The notes under the pieces: model-generated
The model's input: only the letters and a program-made list of their open reading frames with translations
Told to the model about the DNA's origin: nothing
The model's database searches: none
IMG/VR virus record: IMGVR_UViG_3300030107_006047
Coordinates: 1 to 64,000 of that record
Strand: one strand, 5' to 3'
DNA length: 64,000 nt
Source of the DNA: a virus
Shown: piece by piece, positions 1 through 9,989 of the stretch
Layout of the letters: each line of letters starts with the position of its first letter
How positions within the stretch are numbered: the stretch's first letter is position 1
Translations under genes and position numbers: made by a program

Positions 1-8
1 GAGAAGAG

Positions 9-3000
9 ATGCTTGAGATGGGTCTTGTTCTAAGTGAAGACGGCAAGACCTTGTTTATGAACGACCCTGACAAGGCGATGGAATACCTCGACGGTATGTA
101 CAGAGATGTGATGTCGTACTCAGACGTTGCGACTCAAGCGACCTCTCTCGATGATGGAATCTGGGCCCTTCCAAGGTCTTTTCAATATCCTGAGCAAGAC
201 TTTTTAGCGATAGATGCCTCGCCGGGTCGGGAGTTTTCAGAGCAAGAACTTCGAGCCCTCAGCACCAACCCCTACACTGAAGGCGGTCAGCCTTCTACTG
301 ACGTAGACAAGGCGTTTGAGCGCATCAGGCAGGCAATCGAGAACCGAGAGGCCCTGGGCGGGGAGCTTCCTGAAGAAGTTCAAGACCTAAAGAAAGAGCT
401 TCCAACATCTGAGGAGATTGATGATCTCATCACTACGGGACAGTTAGGCCCAACTGGTGAGCCAATTGCGCCTGGCGAGCCAGAAGCACGGCTGTGGGCC
501 GATTGGGTTGCCGGTGAGCTTGGCACAGAGAGCAGCCGGGTTCTAGAAGACGTTGAGTTTGAGTCAGGAAAGATAGCCCCCAGGATGTTCACTGGGGAGT
601 CCGTTGAGGGCGAGGGCGTTGTTTTGTTTCAAGGAGAAAGCCCAAGACCGAAAGGCAGGCTTCTTTTGTCTCCGCTCACGGATGACGACTACTTTGTCAC
701 CGCCGTCTCCTCTAAAGGAGAGAAGGCAAGGACACCGATGCGGTCTGTTCAGGATGTTCATCTTGACGAAAGCCTTCGAGGAAAGGGCCTTGGCGTAAGG
801 ATGTACGAGGAAGCGATTGCCTACTTAGGCAAACAACACCCGCAAGGATTTTTGTTTGTTCCGTCGAGTCTGACCGGCTCTGGCGCAACAACAGAAGAAG
901 CAGAGCGCGTGTGGAATTCTCTTAGGAAAAGATACATGACCAACGGAGAGTCTCTTTACGTTGGTCCAAAAAGAAACGCCCCCGTCAACTTTGAGGTTGG
1001 GAAAACCCCTGCTGGCCTTGAGCTTGGAGAAACCATCAAGACCCTTGGGGTAGAGCCTGGCGCACCACAAGTGGTCGTTGAGGGTCAGAATGTGACTCCT
1101 CGCCACGAGGCCCAGCGCCTTGTTGCGAACTTTCGAAAAAGCGAGCAATCCGTTAAGGATTTCGATGCTCTTCAAGAAGGTTTCCGGCGTCTTCTTGGCG
1201 CTACGGAAGACGAGATCGTACTGTTTCGTGGAATTGAGTCTGAAGGGTTTCGGATGCCCGAGTGGGAAGACTCTTACTGGGACGAGCTTGATGCCCTGAG
1301 GGACGAAGGCTATGGCTCACTCTCCTCCAAGGACGCAAAAAAGGTCCGAATGGAAGGAGACCCCGTAAAAGCCAGAAGGTACAATCAGCTTTTATGGGTC
1401 GCAAGAAGCTCCGGGTCTCAGTTTTTTTCCGATCAAATAGCCGTCGCCCTTTCCTACGCTGGGTCAGAGGGGACGGTTTATGCGATTAAGGTCCCAAAAG
1501 ATAAGGCCATCGATCATTGGGCTCATGACAATACGACCCCAAACCGTGGTCCGGGTGGTGGTCTGCACTACGGTTCTAACTTCGTGTTTTCTCCTGAGGA
1601 TATAAAACAAATCAATGCGGCGGGAGGCTTCGCTGGAACAGGAACCGTTCAGCTTGATGTGCCGCATGATGACTTTCTTCCTGAAGGATTTGGGAGTAGT
1701 TATTTTGGTCAAGTCGGTACAGGGTCCATGGTCCCCACTGAAGAAATGGAATCCCTGATGCCTTGGCAGAAAACGTCTGCTGAGTTTCAAACCTTGGATG
1801 GCGGCACTGCAGTAGAGCACAAAGCGCAGGTTCGCAGGGCTGTCTCTCAAGGGTTCCGGGTTCCGGCTCTTATCCTTGAAGAGTACCCTGATCTTCAACA
1901 AGCATACGGTGGGCGAATCGCCCTAAGGCCAGATGCACCTTTATCGCCCCAGGCTGACCCTGTTTTTCTCAAGCCGCCCACGGCTCTTGCGTTTCCCACT
2001 GGGGCAAGCCAGGCTGAGCAACTTGGTGAGACGATACAGATGGTCGCCAGTCCTCGCTTTGGTCGCCAGCCAGCGGGCGGCCCCACGGCATTTCGACCAC
2101 AAACACCAGTTGATCGGCTTGTTGACACGCTACACAGCGTAGAAGGGGTTCGAGGAAAAGGCATTCTTCCGGCTGGTGCTGAAGGAAGATCTGCGGCGTT
2201 GCTCTCCCACGTCCAAGAAGTAGCGCCTGAGTTGCTGCAGGACCGAAGAGGAATGGCTCTTGTAGACGACATTACTCAGAAGTTTTCAGAGGCCACCCAG
2301 CTTTCTATTGACGGAAAAGAAACCGAAGCCCTCAGGCTTCGAAAAGAAGCGCAAAGAAGCACTGAGGCTTTGAACAGTCGAATCGGATGGAGAACCGCTG
2401 GTCGTGTTCTTTCAGGCGCTGCTCTTGGAGCAGACATCCTCCACCTTGGCTACCGCATTACGGATGAGGGGCTTGTTGAGGGATACCAGTCTTATGGTGC
2501 CGACGTTCTACAGGGAATCACTGGACTAATGAAAGCGCCAAGGGCTCTTTCAAACTTTCTTACTAACAGATGGGGGCCTGAAGCTTCAAGCATTGCCCCT
2601 GATTGGTACAGCCCCGCACCCGGTGTACCACCCATTGGCGGCCCTTTGAATGCTCTTGCTGAAACCGGCGAGCTTATAGAAGACGTTGCCTTGGGTGCAA
2701 GGCGGCGCGAGAAACAAAGGAAAAAAAGACGGGCAGAATGGCAGAAATGGCACGATTTTGCTGTTGATCTTGGAATCGAAGAAAGGATCGCGGAGGGGGT
2801 TGGTATAGGCACAGGAGTCGCCGAATGGAGCCGAAGCGTCGCCCTTGGAGAAGTTGATCCGTACAGATCCCCCGAGTACCAACAGGCAATGCTGGACAAA
2901 GAGACCGCCCGCTATGCGCTTTTGCGCAAAGGCGAAGAGGCTATGGAAACAGTAGCCGAAGACCACCCAGATATTTTCACCGAAGAAGGAATAGACTACA

Positions 3001-3215
3001 AAAAGGCCGCGAAGAAGGCGGCAAGCGCTCTCGGAGAGAGTATTGGTATCAGGCCCGCCACAGAAGAGCAGAGAGAAGAGTCACGCGCAAAGCGCGAAGA
3101 GTTTCGGTCTCGCAGAGAAGAGGCCAAGGAGTCCGGTGCCGGTGAAATCGGATCTTTCCTGGCAGGGATTGGCCTTATTCCATCGAGCCCACCGAATCAG
3201 TCGGGCTCGGAGTAG
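9..3215 (+). CDS. Large multi-domain (polyvalent-type) protein, probably virion-associated; GNAT-like and ADP-ribosyltransferase-like domains; may be 5'-truncated by the window edge
   Basis: 1068-aa ORF whose frame is open to the window start. GNAT acetyl-CoA motif VHLDESLRGKGLGVRMY...EEAERVWNSL. ART-like LFRG...FFSDQ..VALSYAG...VYAIKVP. Also PWQKT...H...V...G..VP..ILEEYPDL. Confidence 0.6.
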   Translation: MLEMGLVLSEDGKTLFMNDPDKAMEYLDGMYRDVMSYSDVATQATSLDDGIWALPRSFQYPEQDFLAIDASPGREFSEQELRALSTNPYTEGGQPSTDVDKAFERIRQAIENREALGGELPEEVQDLKKELPTSEEIDDLITTGQLGPTGEPIAPGEPEARLWADWVAGELGTESSRVLEDVEFESGKIAPRMFTGESVEGEGVVLFQGESPRPKGRLLLSPLTDDDYFVTAVSSKGEKARTPMRSVQDVHLDESLRGKGLGVRMYEEAIAYLGKQHPQGFLFVPSSLTGSGATTEEAERVWNSLRKRYMTNGESLYVGPKRNAPVNFEVGKTPAGLELGETIKTLGVEPGAPQVVVEGQNVTPRHEAQRLVANFRKSEQSVKDFDALQEGFRRLLGATEDEIVLFRGIESEGFRMPEWEDSYWDELDALRDEGYGSLSSKDAKKVRMEGDPVKARRYNQLLWVARSSGSQFFSDQIAVALSYAGSEGTVYAIKVPKDKAIDHWAHDNTTPNRGPGGGLHYGSNFVFSPEDIKQINAAGGFAGTGTVQLDVPHDDFLPEGFGSSYFGQVGTGSMVPTEEMESLMPWQKTSAEFQTLDGGTAVEHKAQVRRAVSQGFRVPALILEEYPDLQQAYGGRIALRPDAPLSPQADPVFLKPPTALAFPTGASQAEQLGETIQMVASPRFGRQPAGGPTAFRPQTPVDRLVDTLHSVEGVRGKGILPAGAEGRSAALLSHVQEVAPELLQDRRGMALVDDITQKFSEATQLSIDGKETEALRLRKEAQRSTEALNSRIGWRTAGRVLSGAALGADILHLGYRITDEGLVEGYQSYGADVLQGITGLMKAPRALSNFLTNRWGPEASSIAPDWYSPAPGVPPIGGPLNALAETGELIEDVALGARRREKQRKKRRAEWQKWHDFAVDLGIEERIAEGVGIGTGVAEWSRSVALGEVDPYRSPEYQQAMLDKETARYALLRKGEEAMETVAEDHPDIFTEEGIDYKKAAKKAASALGESIGIRPATEEQREESRAKREEFRSRREEAKESGAGEIGSFLAGIGLIPSSPPNQSGSE

Positions 3216-3219
3216 TGTT

Positions 3220-3399
3220 TTACTTCTTTTCTTTTTGGTAGTGATCTGAGAATAAGTTGGTGATTTTTATCATGTGTTCGGTCTTGTTTTCGGGAACAAC
3301 AAAGTTTAAATCAATACCTAAATCGTTAATTTTTCTTACGACATCACTCTCGTGAATCCACATAGGTTCTTGTTCGGTCTTGTTCTCATTGTGTTTCAT
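3220..3399 (-). CDS. Small hypothetical protein (59 aa, MKHNENKTEQEPMWIHESDVV...QKEKK), below the ORF-track cut-off
   Basis: Hand translation. It fills the gap between ORF1 and terS almost exactly. No SD, but CATACT lies 4 nt before the ATG. Confidence 0.4.
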   Translation of the reverse strand: MKHNENKTEQEPMWIHESDVVRKINDLGIDLNFVVPENKTEHMIKITNLFSDHYQKEKK

Positions 3400-3429
3400 G
3401 CTTAGTATGGTATCAGATGGAGGTTACTC

Positions 3430-3960
3430 ATGCCCAACAATAATGATGGCTCAAACGGCAGCAACGGGAATGGGCAAAACGAGTTTGGGGAACTCGTTCA
3501 GTGGATCAACCCAGAAGCATTAGAGTTTAAGAGCACTGATCGTCAGAAGGCATTTCGACGACTTGCCCGCAGAATGGCGGACAACGGCGACGTTTTTAAG
3601 AAGCAATGGTATCGGGCATCTGGAAAGTCAGAGTCAACAAGCCTCAAAGATCACGCGGTTACTCCGAGTGAGTGGAAGAGGTGGTGCAAGAACCCAAGGT
3701 TTATTGGTTGGTTTTACGAAGACTTCCCAGAAGTGGAGCCCATCTCTGAAGAGGAGCTTTGCCTTTTAGACAATGTTTGGTGGAGCGGCGTCTATGAGGG
3801 AATGCGCAACGGCGAGTCGTGGGCGTTTGATCGTTACTCGAAGGCCCGGTTCTCTAAAACAGAGCAGGCCCAAGGCTCTGCAGACCTCAAAGAACTTCGA
3901 GAGTATCTCGGTGGAAATTCATCTGGAAACAACTGGCGATTGCCTTCTGCTGAGGCGTAG
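3430..3960 (+). CDS. terS: Probable terminase small subunit
   Basis: Directly upstream of terL with a 1-nt overlap. GGAGG SD. HTH-like segment VTPSEWKRWCKNPRFIGWF. Confidence 0.6.
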   Translation: MPNNNDGSNGSNGNGQNEFGELVQWINPEALEFKSTDRQKAFRRLARRMADNGDVFKKQWYRASGKSESTSLKDHAVTPSEWKRWCKNPRFIGWFYEDFPEVEPISEEELCLLDNVWWSGVYEGMRNGESWAFDRYSKARFSKTEQAQGSADLKELREYLGGNSSGNNWRLPSAEA

Positions 3961-5528
3961 TGTCTGTCAATATAGATGAAAAACTAAAAGGCATTGCCGG
4001 AGACCCGAGAGAGTTTATTTCGCGGCTTCGCCTTGTTGACGAGAAAGGCATCGACAGGAGATTTGATTCTCCGTTTGCAGAACAAAGGCTTGCGCTTCAG
4101 GACTTCATGTCTGATGCAACAACGATTGTTCACTATAAGCCCCGGCAGATTGGTGATACCACCGTGGCTAGCGCGTACAACTTTGACTATTCTTATTGGA
4201 CAAACGACCCCGTCAGAACTCTTGTTGTTGCTCATACTTACGATGCGACTGACTCCATCTTTGACAAGCTGCAATATTTCCATCGAACCCTTCCGTCTGC
4301 GCTGCACCGCGACACGCTGCGCTCTTCTCGCAAAGAGCTAATCTTTGGTGACACTAGTGCCGGTTTCCGCTGCATGACTGCTGGCGGTAAGAGTGGTGGA
4401 CGAGCCTGGACATACCAAAGGCTTCATGCGGATGAGCTTGCTTACTGGCCAAACGCTGCCGAAATGTGGGCATCTGTCACGTCAACCATGCATGATGGTC
4501 CACACAAGAAGATCATTATTCTTTCAACCGCAAACGGGCCCGGAAACCTATTTCATGAAAAGGTTTTAGCGGCACAGGAAGCGGCGCGGGCCGGAGACTC
4601 TTCTGTTCGGTTTCGCTTCTTCAAGTGGTCGGATCACCTTGCTTACCAAAGGGAGCCGCCAAAGGGCTGGGAGCCAGATCAGGAGGAGTGGGATCTGGCA
4701 CAGCTTCATGGTCTAACCCTGCCTCAGTTGTACTGGCGACACGATAAGGTCAATGGCGTCAACGGAATCGGCTTAAGTCAGTTTCGTCGTGAGTATCCGC
4801 TCACTCTTGAAGACGGATTTGCGGTATTCGATGGAGCTTGGTTTGACCCAGACTATCTAAACGAGGTTCTTTCGAGCGTGAAGCCAGCTACTGGAGAGAT
4901 GCGCATATTCGAGCGACCGTACCCAGGTGCAGTCTATGCGGTTGGTATTGACCCCTCCTGGTGTAACGGGGGAGATTATGCGGTTGCACAAGTTCTCTCG
5001 GAAGATGGAAGACAAGTCGCCACCTTTTCAACAAACAAGGGTGGAGAGTTGTTGTTTGCAACAAAAGCGGCGGAACTGGCGAACCATTACAACAAAGCGA
5101 GGACTCTTATTGAGTCCAATCCAGGCGGCGCTGGGCCCGTTGTTATTCGAGAGTTTAATAAGGCTGGACTGCCCCTTTGGCACCAACCGCCAGAGCCGGG
5201 TAAAAAGAGAAGCAAGAACCACAACTACTGGACAACGACCAGAGGAAACAAAGAACAGGCATACGCGCACCTTAGGCAGGTTGTAAATGGTGACGCCCTA
5301 ACGCTTAACGATGAGCCTACGGTTCAAGAGTTGATGCACATTCGAGAGCAATCTGGCAAGATTGAGGGGCAAGACGGTTATCATGATGACCATGCAGACG
5401 CGCTAATGTTAGCAGAATGGAATAGAAGAACACTACCAGCGGCAAAGATGCCCGCAGAGTACCGACCAAAACGCCGGTATAAAGCACATCGGAACCCATT
5501 TATGGCAGCTCAAGACACACGTCGGTAA
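3960..5528 (+). CDS. terL: Terminase large subunit
   Basis: Walker A-like KPRQIGDTT, Walker B LHADELAYW, coupling motif LSTANG, nuclease motifs VGIDPS..GGDY and HDDHADALML. Confidence 0.95.
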   Translation: MSVNIDEKLKGIAGDPREFISRLRLVDEKGIDRRFDSPFAEQRLALQDFMSDATTIVHYKPRQIGDTTVASAYNFDYSYWTNDPVRTLVVAHTYDATDSIFDKLQYFHRTLPSALHRDTLRSSRKELIFGDTSAGFRCMTAGGKSGGRAWTYQRLHADELAYWPNAAEMWASVTSTMHDGPHKKIIILSTANGPGNLFHEKVLAAQEAARAGDSSVRFRFFKWSDHLAYQREPPKGWEPDQEEWDLAQLHGLTLPQLYWRHDKVNGVNGIGLSQFRREYPLTLEDGFAVFDGAWFDPDYLNEVLSSVKPATGEMRIFERPYPGAVYAVGIDPSWCNGGDYAVAQVLSEDGRQVATFSTNKGGELLFATKAAELANHYNKARTLIESNPGGAGPVVIREFNKAGLPLWHQPPEPGKKRSKNHNYWTTTRGNKEQAYAHLRQVVNGDALTLNDEPTVQELMHIREQSGKIEGQDGYHDDHADALMLAEWNRRTLPAAKMPAEYRPKRRYKAHRNPFMAAQDTRR

Positions 5529-5531
5529 ATC

Positions 5532-7736
5532 ATGGCTAATGAAGAAACAGAGAACGAAAACAGTCAACTGACACCCTCTATTGTGCAGGAGCATCTGCAA
5601 TCACATGACAAACGGATGCGTGAGGGTCGCGAGCAGTGGGCGCTTGCGAAAGCTTGCTACACAACTCAATACTGGAAGCACATCCAGGGGGCCAAAACAA
5701 CAACGGATAGCTCAAAGCTTACCGATGTAAATGTAGAGGTCAACCGAATCTGGGGTGTGCTGACATCCTATCTTGGGGCCCTTTACCCTCGGGCGAATCG
5801 AACTGTTATTGGGCCAGATCCTGCCGGTCAGGGAGACCCAGCCAAGGCAGAGCTTGCTGCCAATCGCTGGATTTCATCAAGAAAGATTCACCATCGAATC
5901 ATGTCGGGCCTGCGCCAGTCTCTTCTGTACCCAGGGTGTGGAGCCAAGATTGGTTTTCACCCTGGTCATGGCAACCCTCTTGACCGTGTCTGGCTAAGGG
6001 TCATCCCTTGGTGGGAGATGGTTCTTGACCATGACGTTGGAGATGCGGAAGATGAAAGGTTTCGTGGTCATGTTTACTTTCGACCAAAGGCTGAGGTTGA
6101 AGCAGAATACGGCCTTGAAAACCTAGCTGGCGTCTCTCGTGGCGACTTCTTGGATCCTTCTGCTCAAACAGATCACACTCGAGCGAGCGCTAAAAAAAGA
6201 AAGAACATCGCACCAAGCGATGAGGGTGCTTTCGTCCGTGTTCTTGAAATCTGTAATCTAAAGGACACCATCAAGGATGAGGACGATCCGAGCATTGTTT
6301 ATAAAGGGCGGCTTGAGATCTACATTCTCGGGCAGGGCAGGGAGTATGACGAACCAGTTTGGGTTGGCCCAATGCCCTTTGCGTCCACAGATGGCCAGCC
6401 ACTGCCACATATTATCCCGCTTATCTTCAACCACGAACCAGAGTTTCCTTTGAGAGGAATCTCCCACGCTGCCCGCATTCTTCCGCAGGTTGTGGAGTTG
6501 AATGCCTACCGTTCCTTTATGGCCATGGCGACCAGGAAGGACACCAGACAGTACATCACAAGAAAGGGTACGTTTAGCTCGGACGAGCTTACCAACCTGA
6601 CTGAAGGTCATGATGGTCTTGTTTTAGAGGTTGGTGATTATGACGGGCCTCTTGATGACGCGATTCGCCCTATTATTAACGCACCGCTGAGCGGAAACAT
6701 ACAGAACTACCTTGCAACAGTTGAGACAGATCTTGAGCGAGGAATCGGCGCATCTCCACAAGCCCGTGGAATCGTAACGAAGGCCACCGCCTTTGAGGTT
6801 CAAACGGTCCAGCAATACACTGAGTCTGACTTCGGAATGCATGCGGCACTCAAGGATGAGTGGCTCGCCGGTATTATCCGATTGGTTCTTCGTGCAGTTA
6901 TTGCGGCCATGCATGACCGTGGTGACTCTGCGGGTGCATTTGATGACCAGAATGTTGCGCTCGCCGAGGTTGGTGCGATTGAAGAGGAACGGGAGGCTAC
7001 GCCAGAAGAGGAAGAGGAGCAGCTCGAGGCTTCTGGTTTAGCGGAAGACGCTGGTGAGCCCGCGCCGTTTGTTGATGAAGAAGCATACGACGAGATTGGT
7101 GAGCAAGAAATCAATGAAAACGTGACGGTCATTGAAGAGACTCCTCTCTTGCTCCGTGAAAGAAACGAAATCGTTCGCGTAGAGATGCAAGACCTCGATG
7201 CTGATTTTGAGATTTCATTTGTCGAGGGTGGCCGCACCCCGCTGTCAGACACAACAATGCAGCAGAACCTTGTTGGCCTCATGGAGCCCTACACACAACT
7301 TTGGATGGCTGTGCAGAAAGGCGGACCAATGGGTACGCTTGCGCTTAACTATATGAAAGTATTGGCAGAACGGTTCGACCTTCCTCGGGATCTGCATCCT
7401 GAAGAGCTTCAAACGAAGGCCGAGCAAGCGGCTGGGGTTGAGCCAGAAGCTTCAGGGGAGGAGCAGGCCCTTGCGGAGCAGATGGGAGAGGCTCCTCCGA
7501 GTGAGGCTCCTCCGGGTGGTCCTGAAGGCCCAGCCGTTCCCTCAGAGCAAAGCATGGGTCAGATTCTCCAACAGATTCAACAGATGCCGCCAGAAGAGCA
7601 GATTATGGCCCTAAAGGCCCTATTCCAAGACGATCCAGCCGTTCTTCAGGCGATTGAGAAGCTTGAAACACTTCCCCCAGAACAACAACAAGAGGCAATT
7701 CAAATGATGCTTGGAGGCGCAAATGCCCCTGTATGA
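5532..7736 (+). CDS. Portal protein
   Basis: 734 aa directly after terL. KATAFEVQ motif and Q/P/E-rich C-terminal tail typical of podovirus portals. Confidence 0.85.
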   Translation: MANEETENENSQLTPSIVQEHLQSHDKRMREGREQWALAKACYTTQYWKHIQGAKTTTDSSKLTDVNVEVNRIWGVLTSYLGALYPRANRTVIGPDPAGQGDPAKAELAANRWISSRKIHHRIMSGLRQSLLYPGCGAKIGFHPGHGNPLDRVWLRVIPWWEMVLDHDVGDAEDERFRGHVYFRPKAEVEAEYGLENLAGVSRGDFLDPSAQTDHTRASAKKRKNIAPSDEGAFVRVLEICNLKDTIKDEDDPSIVYKGRLEIYILGQGREYDEPVWVGPMPFASTDGQPLPHIIPLIFNHEPEFPLRGISHAARILPQVVELNAYRSFMAMATRKDTRQYITRKGTFSSDELTNLTEGHDGLVLEVGDYDGPLDDAIRPIINAPLSGNIQNYLATVETDLERGIGASPQARGIVTKATAFEVQTVQQYTESDFGMHAALKDEWLAGIIRLVLRAVIAAMHDRGDSAGAFDDQNVALAEVGAIEEEREATPEEEEEQLEASGLAEDAGEPAPFVDEEAYDEIGEQEINENVTVIEETPLLLRERNEIVRVEMQDLDADFEISFVEGGRTPLSDTTMQQNLVGLMEPYTQLWMAVQKGGPMGTLALNYMKVLAERFDLPRDLHPEELQTKAEQAAGVEPEASGEEQALAEQMGEAPPSEAPPGGPEGPAVPSEQSMGQILQQIQQMPPEEQIMALKALFQDDPAVLQAIEKLETLPPEQQQEAIQMMLGGANAPV

Positions 7737-8304
7737 TTACAAATGCACCGAATGCGAAGAAGTTACTGAAGTTCTTGCATTTATGAGCAGTAAGCCCGAT
7801 ACCGTTGACTGCCCTTCTTGCTCGTCGGTTGCTAAGTTTTGCTTCATTGCTCCGGTGAAGAAGAAAAAAGAAAAGAAGACCATGGAGTTTAAGCGCCCCC
7901 GCCTGACCACTCACAAGTTCTTTTGCTCTGAGTGCAATACCCAGTGGACTGAAGTTGTAGAGCGGGATGTGGATCCTGTTCCAGAGGGTGGCCGAGACTG
8001 CCCTAAGTGCAAAGCTCACGCGACATGGATGCCGTCTTGCAAAATCGATAGGTTTAGCGAGACCTTCCCTTATTATGACCGTGGTCTCGGGGTGATGTTA
8101 CAGAACAAGCAACACCGCAGAGACATCTGTAAGGAGAGGGGCCTTACTCCAGTTGAGGGTGACTGGGATGTTGAAAGCGAATATTCAAAGTGGGACAGTC
8201 GCGTTGATCAAGAAACCAAAGAGTATGAACAATACTGCGAAAGGCTTGACAAAGACCCCGCATTCAAAGATTTTAGAAAACAACAAGACTTAGGTCTTAT
8301 CTAA
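7723..8304 (+). CDS. FmdB-family zinc-ribbon protein with two CxxC...CxxC ribbons
   Basis: MPLYDYKCTEC...CPSC and FFCSEC...CPKC. GGAGG SD supports the ATG at 7723. Confidence 0.8.
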   Translation: MPLYDYKCTECEEVTEVLAFMSSKPDTVDCPSCSSVAKFCFIAPVKKKKEKKTMEFKRPRLTTHKFFCSECNTQWTEVVERDVDPVPEGGRDCPKCKAHATWMPSCKIDRFSETFPYYDRGLGVMLQNKQHRRDICKERGLTPVEGDWDVESEYSKWDSRVDQETKEYEQYCERLDKDPAFKDFRKQQDLGLI

Positions 8305-8314
8305 GGAGTATCAA

Positions 8315-8980
8315 ATGCCAGTAGATCCTAAAACCGGAGAGAACCTGCCATATCCAGGTGAACCCGGATACGATCCGAACGACCCACGACAGCAAGCGGC
8401 AATGGAGGCAGAAGCAATGCCTCCTGGTGGCGAAGCAATGCCTCCTGGTGGCGAAGAGATGCCGATGGAAGGTGAGGTAGAAGAAGTCGATCAGATGATG
8501 GCTGATGATGCAGCAATGCGTGCTGATGCAATTGCAGCCTCTGCCCCGGAGCCTTCTAAGCCGTACACTGTTCGGGCGATTCAGACTTTGGTTGATCAGT
8601 TTAACGATACTATTGATGCTCTTGGTGGCGAGGATCTTCCAGAGGTTGAGTTCATGTCCCCCGAGGGAGAGAAGCGCTGGGAGCAGCCCCTTCCCCCCTC
8701 TGTATTTGTACCACTTGTTGCTCTCACCGAATCTTTGAAGCTTATTGGTGGCGGCGAGTACCATGAGAAATACGGATTTGATCCAATGGAACTGACCGAT
8801 GACACGGCTCTTCGGAAGGCTTCAGGTCAGCTTGGCCGCATGGCTAAAGACAAGGATCTTTCTGATATGATGCAACAACCGATTGGTGGTGCTGAACAAG
8901 ACGCTGAGATGCCCGAGGAAATGCCCCCTCCCCCTGGTGGTTTTTCTGATGAAGACGACATGCTCGCAGCAGAGATGTGA
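8315..8980 (+). CDS. Acidic hypothetical protein in the head module
   Basis: AAGGAG SD. 221 aa, rich in E/D/M/P. Lies between portal and scaffold. Confidence 0.7.
   Translation: MPVDPKTGENLPYPGEPGYDPNDPRQQAAMEAEAMPPGGEAMPPGGEEMPMEGEVEEVDQMMADDAAMRADAIAASAPEPSKPYTVRAIQTLVDQFNDTIDALGGEDLPEVEFMSPEGEKRWEQPLPPSVFVPLVALTESLKLIGGGEYHEKYGFDPMELTDDTALRKASGQLGRMAKDKDLSDMMQQPIGGAEQDAEMPEEMPPPPGGFSDEDDMLAAEM
8411..8452 (+). repeat. 2 x 21-nt coding tandem repeat (EAMPPGG)
   Basis: gaagcaatgcctcctggtggc occurs twice in tandem. Confidence 0.9.
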
Positions 8981-9048
8981 TTGGTTGCTATAAATCGAAA
9001 CTAAGTGTTAGAGTCACTTTATGTTTGTGACAAATTTTGGAGAAAAAC

Positions 9049-9969
9049 ATGGATAATGCCGAAGTTGGGTCGGTTCCCGTTGAACCTGTAGCAGATCAGA
9101 CCGAGAACCTTGCGGACTTGGTTGATGTTGCTGCAGAGCCTGTTGATGTTAGTGCGAATGATTCAGTCGATACTGGTCAGCCCACATTTAAAGCCCTGGA
9201 TGCGCAGCTTGATTCAATCGATGAGCTTAAGCACGATGGCTTCTACAAGGACATTACAGAAGATCACATCAAAGAGCTTCCAACTGTTGCTCGCCGTATT
9301 CTTCACAACTTTCGCATTGATAAAAAGCTCCAAGAAAAGAACCACGCCTCTGAAATCAGTAAGATTAGCAGCAAGATTGAAGAGCGCGAGGCCCGCCTTG
9401 CAAAGATGGAGCGAGAGTTTGCTCGTCGCCAGGCGGAGTTTGCCGCAGTCGCAGAAGATCCAAAGCTAAAAGCTATCCTTGATCAGCCTTCAGATAAGAT
9501 GCCTGACATCTTTACCGAAGAAGGGATCAACGCAAGAATCCAAAGAGGTATCGCAGAGGGGGTTCGCAACATCCTCAAGCCGATGCAAGAGTCAGCACAA
9601 TCAAAAGCAAGAGAGACAGCCTATCTCGATTTTCTCGAGAAACATCCTGAGATGAGGAACACAGAGTTTAAGTCTGAAGTAGCCCGAATGGTTCGGACCA
9701 GACGAGACACTGGGGATCCAATCAAAACTCAGGATGCATATCAATTGGTAAAAGCCCGAAGAATCCTCGCTGAAAAGCAGGCAAAGGCATCCCGTGAAAC
9801 CAAGGCCCGTGCGCAATCAGCTCGGCGTATTGGTTCAAACACCTCCCGTGGTCGTCCAGGGGAAGAGGGAATCCCAAAAGACGTTATGAAGCGTGGCGCT
9901 AATGCTATCGCTAATTGGCTACAATCAAACCCTGAAGCTGCAAAGAAAATTTCAGCGACCTTCTCTTAA
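9049..9969 (+). CDS. Capsid scaffolding protein
   Basis: Immediately before the major capsid gene. Acidic N-terminus, coiled-coil centre, basic C-terminus. GGAG SD before ATG 9049. Confidence 0.7.
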   Translation: MDNAEVGSVPVEPVADQTENLADLVDVAAEPVDVSANDSVDTGQPTFKALDAQLDSIDELKHDGFYKDITEDHIKELPTVARRILHNFRIDKKLQEKNHASEISKISSKIEEREARLAKMEREFARRQAEFAAVAEDPKLKAILDQPSDKMPDIFTEEGINARIQRGIAEGVRNILKPMQESAQSKARETAYLDFLEKHPEMRNTEFKSEVARMVRTRRDTGDPIKTQDAYQLVKARRILAEKQAKASRETKARAQSARRIGSNTSRGRPGEEGIPKDVMKRGANAIANWLQSNPEAAKKISATFS

Positions 9970-9989
9970 TTCAAACTTGAGGCCCCAAA

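Noticed and set aside
3275-3384. 14-bp direct repeat as an operator or pac site
   Set aside because: It is also explained by an in-frame ENKTE duplication in the small antisense ORF, and two copies are not enough to call a site.
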